In this document: piece by piece, positions 55,188 through 64,000 of the stretch
Numbering within the stretch: the first letter of the stretch is position 1
Layout of the letters: every line of letters begins with the position of its first letter
DNA from: the human T2T-CHM13v2.0 reference genome, Homo sapiens
Reading direction: 5' to 3'
DNA length: 64,000 bases
NCBI GenBank assembly: GCA_009914755.4
Contig: CP086569.2
Span: forward strand, 23,808,001 to 23,872,000
Notes under the pieces: generated by a model
The model's database searches: none
What the model was told of the DNA's origin: nothing
Seen by the model: the letters and a program-made list of their open reading frames with translations, nothing else
Program-made: the position numbers and the translations under genes

Positions 55188-57090
55188 TTGGATGCTCACC
55201 CCTTAGAATCCAGTGGTTGCAAGTTGCAGAACAAGTAGGCTGTCCTCAGAGGTCCAGGGAGGGGCTATGGTCACCATCCTAGAAAAGGGGCCTGGACTTC
55301 CAGTGAGCCCTCCTGCCTGCAAGGGCCTCAGAGGCCCCTGTGCAGGCCAGCCTGGGTGCTGTGTTCTGTTCCTGGACCTTGAATCCTGCCTCACCTGCTA
55401 GCTTTTTTCACAACGAAATCAGGATGGCAATGCCCAGTGCAGTCCCACCTGAGGAAAGAAATCAAGAGTATCAAGTCCCACACCCATCTTGTAACATTAA
55501 GTGACTTATTGATTTATTAGTCAGTAAGTTAGAGCAGATTAATTCGTCAATGAGTTAGTGCTCTCTAACTCCCTAAGATTACAATCTAAAAGGAAAGCTG
55601 GGTGGCATCTGCATGAGGCTGTGCATTGGAGAAAGGATAGGTCACCTGGGCTTCAGTGAGCATGTTCCCCTAGCCAATCAGTGGAAGCACAGGATGTAAC
55701 TGGAGGTGGTGAGTGGGCTCTGTGCAGTGGCCAGGCAAATGTGGGGTGAGCAGCCAGTCACTGAGGGGATTTCATTGCCCATTTTTTGATGAGCAAATTG
55801 AATCCCCAAAGCCACAAGGCAGGAGGGGCAAAAGCACTGGCCAGAGGCATTACCATTTTTCTTCACTGGCAGCCATAAGTTTCAGACCTCCCTGGGCTTG
55901 CCTTGAGGAAGAAGATGCCTCTTCCTTGAGAGTCTAGGCACAAAAGCAGCCAGTCATGTGTGGCAAAGCCACCCACAGCCCATTTTATGGGCTCATGTGG
56001 GCCTCCTTAATCCACCGGCCTGTGAAACCCAACTGGAATTCCAGAGTCCAGAGTTCACATTTGGTTCTAGAACCAAAATTTTAGTACTCAGGCCAGAGCC
56101 AAACTGGACCTGTTAATTCCAAGACACAAGGCTCAAATCAGAGAACAGACTTGACTGTTCAGCTGCACCTAGGCAGTGTGTATACTCTTCCAAGCAGATC
56201 CCATTCTCTTCCTGCTTCCAATTATTTCACCTGCAAGTTGTTATTTGTACCAGCTCTTTCTCTACCCCGCGTATCCTATGATTTTTTGAAATTTCTGTGA
56301 AGACCGCATGAGCTAAGCATTACGGGTCACAGTGCTCTAGCCTACTCAGGCTGTGCCAGGAAGCAGATCTCTCAACCTTTCTTGACACTTAAGAGAGTCA
56401 TGAATAAATAGTACCAACTCTATGAGGAGGGCTGTCACATATTCAGACCCTTTTCTGGTCTCCGTACTAAAATACTCTTTTCTGGTCTCCTTATCAAAAG
56501 ATGCATTAGAATGACAAGGAAAATAAGGCACCAAGCTGGCAGTTCTGCCTTTTAAAGCGCAGCCTCAGCCTGGTCACAGTGAACCACAATTTCAGGGTCT
56601 TGTTCAGCATGTCATACTTTGGAAAATAGTGGAACTGGGGCCCCATATTGTCGTGGTCCGGTGAATATGGAGACGGTCACCTCAGCAGCCTGTATATACC
56701 CAGTCACACCCGTAACAAAAACAGACTCTACCAACTAAGAAGCCATCACATTAACTTATACAACTGTACCTGCAATGTGCACACACATCAGGACTTTCAG
56801 ATAAACTCCTGCCAACACAACAATTCAAGTAAAGCAATAACTATTTTGAATCTAAAATCTCAGGAAGAAGAAACTCCACTGCCTAAACCAGCCTGTATGA
56901 TGGATGAAACTGACGGTGTTATCTTGACTTGGGCATACCTGGTTACTGACCCTCTATAAATAGATGCTTCTGAGTGTTCAGAGTTCCAAATCTAAAAAAC
57001 CTTGTCATGGTCAACCTGGAGCTTACTCTTTATCTATGAGTAATCTGAGATACTGTCCTGAGTTCTATCTGAGAACAGTATCTCAGAGAG

Positions 57091-57207
57091 ATCTATCTAA
57101 GACGGTGAAACCCCGTCTTAGCCAGGATGGTCTCGACCTCCTGACCTCGTGATCCGCCCGCCTCGGCCTCCCAGAGTGCTGAGATTACAGGCATAAGCCA
57201 CCGCGCC
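57091..57207 (-). mobile_element. 5' (left-monomer) fragment of a young Alu (antisense).
   Basis: 'gacggtgaaaccccgtcttagccaggatggtctcgacctcctgacctcgtgatccgcccgcctcggcctcccagagtgctgagattacaggcataagccaccgcgcc'. Confidence 0.85.
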
Positions 57208-58333
57208 AATAATGTCTGAGCCCCTGTTCTGTCCCATCATGTGGCATAGGAATACAGGTCACACAAGGAAGTGAGGCTATTCCATTTTTGTTAAATGAGG
57301 GCTGACAGGTGAAAGCTTGTTCAGAAAAAAAAGTGCTAAATAAAAAGGCCATACAAACTGCATGTTTTTTGCAAGTGGGCCTGGTTATTCAGCTAGGCCC
57401 ACTGACACTGTACTTTCTGCTCTCTGTGGAAGTTTCCACTAAAAGTCCATATCTCATTTACTGGTTCTGAGTCTCTTCTTTGACATCTTGATCCTTGTGC
57501 CATTTCAATGGGTGTCGAGTTTGACACAACTTACCCCATAGTGAGGAAGGATTTCAGACTCTGCTCAGTGTGCTTCAAAGCTCACCAAGGCATCAGCTAT
57601 AGAAGGATGAATTTATTTTTTTTACCACTCTCATCCAGGCCTCTTTTTTTAAATGTACAATCAGTGGAATACAAAGAAAGACCAGTAAGAAACATATCGT
57701 GGTCAGAAGCAAGATTAATGCCAAAATGAGCTGTGACTGCTTTGGTAGTAAAAAGTAGCATTTTTTCTTTATCCTCTGGGCAGCCCTCAACTTCTTTCAC
57801 CACTTTTTGGCTTCAGCAATGGTTTTTAAGCTCCATTCTGCCTCTGGAGGAACCATAAGCCATGGTTGGCAAATGTCTTTACTTAATCCTGCTGCAAGAA
57901 AGCTTTCTCCTGACAAACATGACCTCTGTGATTATGAGCTTATAAGAAATCTAAACAATGCCCAATCTTAAAACTTATGAAACGGAGATGAGTAGGTCTG
58001 AGGGAAACAATTTCCCACAATTTCCTTTGGCAAGTTCAAAAAATTGTGATGGTAGACAAGTGTATAGAAGAGGACAGCATAGTATAATTCCTCATCATGT
58101 GAGTTTAGAGCCAACAGTTTTTAATCCTAGCTGTGAGGGCTCCAAATAAAAACCAGAAGTTAACTCACTGCATCTGTCAATGACTAATTGAACATTTTGT
58201 CTATCACAGTGAGGAGTCTTCATTGAGGATTTTCCCATTGAATATATAGAGATAAAGACTGGAAAAGGTAAAATAGCAACTCCATGAAATCCTTAGATAA
58301 AATGTAGAAATGTTCATCTCCTCGTATCATTAG

Positions 58334-58690
<357 letters not shown>

Positions 58691-58734
58691 AATAAATCAG
58701 TTATATGTCAAGTTAATATAAAAAAAAATTTCAA

Positions 58735-59040
58735 CCAGGCGTGGTGGCTCACACCTGTAATCCCAGCAGTTTTGGAGGCCGAGGAGGTTGGATCTCTTCA
58801 GGTCAAGAGTTCGAAACCAGCCTGGCAAATATGGTGAAACACCATCTCTACTAAAAATACAAAAAAAAAAAAAAAAAAAAAAAAATGATGGGCACTTGTA
58901 ATCTCAGCTACTTGGGAGGCTGAGGCAGGAGAATCACTTGAATCCATGAGGCAGAGGTTGCACTGAGCAGAGATCACGTCCCTGCACTCCAGCATGAGTG
59001 ACAGAGCAAGCTTCTGTCTCAAAAAAAAATAAAATAAAAT
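58735..59040 (+). mobile_element. Alu element (sense) with an A25 middle linker and an A-rich tail.
   Basis: 'ccaggcgtggtggctcacacctgtaatcccagcagttttggaggccgaggaggttggatc...tactaaaaatacaaaaaaaaaaaaaaaaaaaaaaaaatgatgggcacttgtaatctcagctacttgggaggctgaggcaggagaatcac...ctgtctcaaaaaaaaataaaataaaatg'. Confidence 0.9.
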
Positions 59041-59454
59041 GTAGAGACACACATATGATCTAGACATGTCCTGGTGGAGTAAAGTGTGTATGATCCTGTT
59101 CTGGGAAAGGAGAAGAACAGTCAGGACCTTGGATTATGTTTGTGGGATCCATTGGGACACTAATGAAGAGGCAGTCAGGTCTTGGCCTAGCAACACTGAG
59201 GCTTGCAGGGGGCTTCTGAAAGCAGCAAAACCGGCCCGTGACACTGAATGCTAGATGGGCCTGTAACAATGAAAGATCTGCCCAGAGATCTTAGCAATCT
59301 TACTAGGATGCCATGACTATGATTTGGATTGAAGACTCCGGGGCAGAGTAGCTGAGAGAGAACCTCAGCAAACACGAGCCTTGATGACTATGGCTGGGGC
59401 AATCTAAAATATCTTATCTCTTCTGTTTTATGAAGCAGAACATAGAAAGGTAAA

Positions 59455-59935
59455 TTAAAAAAAAAAAATCAAGAGAAATAAAATGTAAAAATAAATTTAA
59501 AGCAAGTGAAAAATAGTAAGGACAAATAAAATAAACCGAAATAGAGAAAAATAGAGAAATGTAATTAAGATAAGTGAAAATAAAATGAAGATAAACAATA
59601 AATACAAAAAATAAAAGAAATAAACAGAAATGAAATAATTTCCAATAAAAAGTTTCAGAATAAGGAGAAAAAATAAAAAAGAAATATGGATAAAAAATAA
59701 GATAATATGAAGGAATATGACTAGAAACAAATAACAGAAAAAATATAAAATTAAATAAACTGCTAAAAACAAGATACAAGTTGAAGTATATTTGAAATGA
59801 AGAGAATGTAATGAGAAAAAAGAAAAATAGAAATAAAATTAAATTAAATTAATAGATAAAATGAAAAATAAAGAGAAACAAAATAAAGATAAAGAGAATG
59901 CACAAAAATAAAAAGTTAAATAGAGAAATAAGACG
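59455..59935. repeat. A-rich low-complexity block (degenerate (GAAAA)n/(AAATA)n-like).
   Basis: 'aaaaaaaaaatcaagagaaataaaatgtaaaaataaatttaaagcaagtgaaaaatagtaaggacaaataaaataaaccgaaatagagaaaaatagagaaatg...' continues for about 480 bp. Confidence 0.85.
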
Positions 59936-60321
59936 TCAGGTTAATCTACAAAACATTTCACCCAACAACAGCATAATACATAATACTTCTAATTGTATAT
60001 GACACATTTTCTAAGATAGGCAAACTTGTGAGGTAGCATGCTAGTTTTAGCATATTTAAACTGATGGTAATCACAAAAAGTATTTTTTCTGACTACAATA
60101 AAATACAGCTGGAAGTTAAAACAAAACCATCATGTTTGCATATATTTGAAAACTGGACATATTCTTGAGCATACTATTTTTCAAGTGTTAGAACGTGCAA
60201 GTTTTTTAGATGTTAATGGTATACCAGGTGATCTATGGATCAATGAGATGTTTAAAAATGGTGATAGTTTTTGCAGAAGTACTAAATTATTCTAAAATGT
60301 TTGAGTCAATATTTACCTGTG

Positions 60322-60596
60322 TAACTCAGGCTGCAGTATAATATCATAATCATGACTTACTGTATCTTTGACCTCCAAAGCTCAGTTGATCCTCCTACCT
60401 CAGCCTCACAAGTGCTGAAACTGCAGGTGCATGTTGGCATGCTCAGAAAGTTTTTGTATTTTTTTTTTTTTTTTAGAGACAGGGTTTCACCATATTTCCC
60501 AGGCTGGTCTCAAACTCCTAGGCTCAAGCAACCCACCTACCTTGGCTTGGCTCCCCAAAGTTCTAGGATTACAGGAGTGAGCCAACACATATTGCC
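60322..60596 (-). mobile_element. Old diverged Alu (antisense, AluJ-like).
   Basis: 'caggctgcagtataatatcataatcatgacttactgtatctttgacctccaaagctcagttgatcctcctacctcagcctcacaagtgctgaaactgcaggtgcatg...tttagagacagggtttcaccatatttcccaggctggtctcaaactcctaggctcaagcaacccacc...ctaggattacaggagtgagccaacac'. Confidence 0.8.
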
Positions 60597-60830
60597 CTAT
60601 GATTTCTATAAATACTCAAAAAACCACAAGTAACCAAACAACCTGTAAAAAAATAAATAAACTCAGAGGAATAATAGTTTTGTATTTCAAAACATATTGC
60701 AAAGTTACATTAATCAAAACAGTGTGGTGCTGGCATAAAGACAGAAAAATAAATGTTGAAACCGATAAGAGAAGGCAAAAATAAATCCACATGCATATAC
60801 TCAGCTTATCATAAATGAGGGTTCCCAATC
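60597..60830 (+). mobile_element. Short L1 ORF2-derived fragment (old L1).
   Basis: The plus-strand ORF at 60,599-60,784 translates to '...LYFKTYCKVTLIKTVWCWHKDRKINVETDKRRQK', which resembles L1 ORF2p '[35 protein letters not shown]'. Confidence 0.6.
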
Positions 60831-62989
60831 CTCATGTTGCAGAACTTTCTCCTTACTTCAGCAAAATTGAGTTCTTCTCACGTGACTAGGAAAGATTAGG
60901 CCCAGGGATACTCTGAAGGATGAAGGGTAGAGTTGATTGGGTAAAAAGAAGGAAAGAAAAACTGTCAACAGAGTGAGTGGGAGTCCTGTTTACAAGTCCC
61001 ACCTCCTGGGTAGATTAACACTAAACCATCACACAAGAACTGCAGAGGCCAGTCTCCTTCTCCCTGCACAAGGAGTGAAGTTTCCCTGGCTCCAATCACT
61101 TCCCCCAGTGTGGACATGGATACTATTCAGAGAGAATCAGTTGAAAAAAGGCAGGCTTCATCTGGGAGAAGCAGTCTGATTTTTCAGTCTTTATGCTGTT
61201 TTAGGCTTGAAGATGGGGTTTCACCCAGGACCATTGGCTGTTTTCTAACTCTGTTATTTCCCCATATAAAGAAGTACATCTAACTGCCATTAGAATGAGG
61301 AGAAGGATCAGGACCAACACCACTTTTAAGAGCTTCCTGTTGACAGGGGGCACTGTTTTGGAAAACCGGCAGTCAGATTTTCCTAAGAGGCCTACCTAAG
61401 TGTCTCCAGTGAAAGGGGCCTTGTCTGAGGCTCTGGTGGCATGAATTTGGTAACCTAAATGGGAGAAGAATCAAACTGGGTTATTAAAAATCATGTATTA
61501 AAATAAAGTAAAATAAAACAAGGGGAAGGTGGCAAGGACAGCTCAAAAATTCCAAGGTATTTTTCCAGTTTACATAGGAAGGAGAAGGACAAAAGCACAA
61601 CTTGAAAATTTTCTTTCACCCTTTTGCCAGCATGTCTGGCTTCTGTGTTCTTTTGCCCTGAGTCCAATCCTAAGTTAAGCCAACCAGTCTAAGGTTGGAG
61701 AATGCATCTGAGGTGACTGTCCCATAGTAAGAATACATGATTACCTGTCTGTAAAAAGAAGACAGAGGAGAAAACAAGGTAAAAAGTAAGCATTTTTTCA
61801 AAGGAGGCCCAAAATTTCAGGATGCATTTAAAAGGAATATAGACTGATAATGAATGGCTACTCATCTAGAAGGAGAGTGAAGACCATGTATCCCTGATTC
61901 CTTTATCTTTCTAGGAAATATCCAGTGTATGTTGAGGGATAGAAGAAAGAATGTTGTCTTTCCCCCTTGCATCCTTGTATCCCCGAGTTCCAGGGATTGT
62001 GATAGGTTGCAACCCATGGATGTCAAAGCAGCTTTCACTCATGTTAACAGGAAGGCCTGTTGGGGGTGGAAATATCTGCTCTTACCTACATATGTCCTAT
62101 CTTCCCTGCTCTCAGTAGTTCTGGAGTTCATTAGACTTCATTTATGCAACAGATACTATCATGGCCTTTATCCGTGAAATGTGAGGCTTGGCTTAATCCA
62201 CTGGAATTAGTCATGCTCACTTCCACGGTGAATTTTAACCACCATAATCATCTGCCTCTGGATTTCTCAGATCCAGTATTCTTTCTTAGGGCTTCAACCT
62301 GAGGCTTGGAATTGAGGTTGGGACAAAAATGTTCCTCAGGGGATTGCATGGACTCCTCATTAGCAGCTAAATGCTAAGATAAAGCTGTGGAATTGAGTCC
62401 TCTTTCCACAAGGAAGAGAAAAAAATGCTTGTGACAAACCCAGATAACTAGTGGCAATAGTTAACTTTGCCAAGATTTGGGGGGGCACCCTGTTTATTTT
62501 CATCACTGAAAAATTTGCAGGGTAATTGCCTAGAACTAGAATATTAAACCAGATTTTTCATCGCTCATCCCTTTTTGTTTCTTCTGAGCTGCGGTTGAAG
62601 ACTGCAAGCTTTTTCATAGGAATAAGCATGGTTGGTCTAAAATGTAGGCAAAAATTCAAACTTCATGGTTTTAAAATTTAATGACAAATGTATAAGTTTT
62701 GATACATGATCTTTCTCTATCCAGTCCTCTAATTTAAAAAAAAAAAATCATGAAGACCTGCCGGTGACAATATTTAATTTGTTTATTGATTTGTCATATT
62801 TTGCCTTAGCTGTGTTGAAGTACATATCATTTATACCTAATTTGTTCAGTTGTTTTTAATTACAAAGTCACGTAAAATTTTCCAAATACTTTTTGTTTAT
62901 CTAGAATAAAAAATAAAGATGTGTAGCAGTAAACTTAATTAAAAAGAGAAACACTCTCTACACTATAAATTATAAAATATTGATGAAAA

Positions 62990-63940
62990 AAGTAAAAAAA
63001 AAGATATTTTTGCTCATGAGTTATAAAAAATATTGCTAAAATGGCTATGCTACACAAGGAAATCTACAAATTCACTGCAAACTCTATAAAATGCCAAGAA
63101 CATTTTTGAACAAAAATGAAATTAAGAGGCATAAAATTTATGGGGAACCAAAAAAACACTCCCCAAATAGCTGTGAAAAAAGAACAAATCTGAAAATATC
63201 AAACTACCTGACTCCAAAACATACTGCAAAGCTATAACAAGCAAAACAGCATGATACTGGCATAGAAAACAGACACATAGACCAAAGTATCCAACGATCC
63301 CAGTAACAAAATTCATAAACCTAGAGCCAAGTAATTTTTAAGTTGCTTAGAACATACATTGAAGAAAAGACAATCTTTTCAACGAATGGTGCTAAGAAAA
63401 TGGATTATTTAAATACAGAGGAATACAACTAGTTGCCTACCTGTTACCATATTAAAACAATTTAAATAAAAATAAATAGAAGATTGAAATGTAAACTCAA
63501 ACTTATAAAACTATTTGAATAAGACATAGAGAAATTCTTTACTAAACAGGACAGGAAAAACATTTTAAATAAGATCTCAAAACCACAGGCAAGAAAAGCA
63601 AAAGCAGACAAATAAAATTAACAGAATCTAAAAAAAAAATTTACATAGCAAAAATAAATTAACAGAGTGAAAAGACAACTTACAGTGTGGGAGAATATAT
63701 TTGCAAAATATACATATCACAATGGAAAAACATAAAGATATATAAGAAACGTAACAGCAAAACTAACTCACAATTTAGCAATAGGCAAGATACACTATGT
63801 GACACTTCTCCAAAGAAGACATGCAAATGGCCAAGTACATGTGAAGATGCTCAACATTATCATTAGAAAAATGCAAATTAAAGCTACCACAAGATACCAA
63901 ATGACTCCAGTTAAAACGGCTACAATTATAAATAATACGT
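62990..63940 (+). mobile_element. L1 ORF2 3'-region fragment (sense, old L1M-like). The returning satellite cuts it off at its right end.
   Basis: My translation contains 'LPDSKTYCKAITSKTA.YWHRKQTHRPKYPTIPVTKF...' and, near the end, '...HANGQVHVKMLNIIIRKMQIKATTRYQMTPVKTATIINNTC'. These match the L1 ORF2p motifs '[36 protein letters not shown]' and '[41 protein letters not shown]'. Confidence 0.8.
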
Positions 63941-64000
63941 GCCTGGCCGTTTCAACAGGAGGCATTGTGACATATCTCTGGTCACTTAAGTCTATCATTT
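63941..64000. repeat. Resumption of the same satellite at the window edge.
   Basis: 'ctggccgtttcaacaggaggcattgtgacatatctctgg' is near-identical to the monomer at 330-375 ('ctgggccatttcaacaggaggccttgtgacatatctctg'). Confidence 0.8.

Noticed and set aside
55200-56000. A moderately GC-rich stretch with several 60-75 aa ORFs on both strands, considered as a possible promoter, CpG island or exon.
   Set aside because: CpG dinucleotides are sparse, so it is not a CpG island. The ORFs overlap each other on opposite strands and lack splice-site context. Nothing in the sequence supports a gene feature here.
60830-62900. About 2 kb of unique-looking sequence between two L1 fragments that might be another ancient transposon (DNA transposon or MaLR/MIR-like).
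   Set aside because: I could not match it from memory to any repeat family or to coding sequence with useful confidence. I leave it unannotated.

Overview
This window reads as primate (most likely human) nuclear DNA. It is not a prokaryotic locus, and I find no intact protein-coding gene, tRNA, rRNA or CRISPR array in it. Coordinates throughout are approximate (about ±20 bp).

Positions 1 to about 42,338 are a single large tandem satellite. It is built from ~68-71 bp monomers with the recurring core '(c/t)attgtgacatat...ctaggtgatgtgactctcct...gcctgggccctgcc'. I tentatively identify it as beta-satellite-like (Sau3A/BSR family); that name is from memory and is not verified.

The satellite has a higher-order structure. 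Runs of clean monomers are punctuated by three kinds of highly diverged monomer blocks, which I call module A (~360 bp, in two subtypes A1 and A2), module C (~720 bp) and module B (~500 bp). They recur in the fixed order A-C-B about every 5 kb. In the first 30 kb the A1 and A2 subtypes alternate, which gives an apparent ~10 kb super-unit. The higher-order repeat is imperfect. It shows:
- doubled C modules;
- an A2/C deletion-fusion junction near 17,515;
- a truncated C near 29,490;
- a ~500 bp private insertion in B copy 1;
- a recent threefold duplication of a 156 bp monomer pair at 28,310-28,778;
- two Alu insertions (8,834-9,105 minus strand; 11,474-11,790 plus strand).

The array stops abruptly near 42,338 and the same satellite resumes at about 63,941. 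The ~21.6 kb between them is ordinary transposon-rich sequence containing:
- at least two antisense L1 fragments; one retains an ORF1p-like remnant and a long 5'UTR-like region with ~260 bp internal tandem repeats;
- a solo LTR inserted into that L1;
- a degenerate C2H2 zinc-finger pseudogene fragment (HTGEKPYKC linkers, multiple stop codons);
- about ten Alu copies or fragments;
- an (AC)n microsatellite, a (GTTTT)n microsatellite, several long poly-T/poly-A runs and an A-rich low-complexity block.

The satellite-flanked zinc-finger pseudogene suggests a pericentromeric KRAB-ZNF / beta-satellite neighbourhood of the chr19p12 type. That placement is inference only.

The many 60-139 aa ORFs in the supplied track that lie inside the satellite are artefacts of the repeat. 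I did not find an undescribed biological system. The findings of interest are structural and evolutionary: the higher-order repeat architecture, its local rearrangements, and the junctions between the satellite and the L1 fragments.
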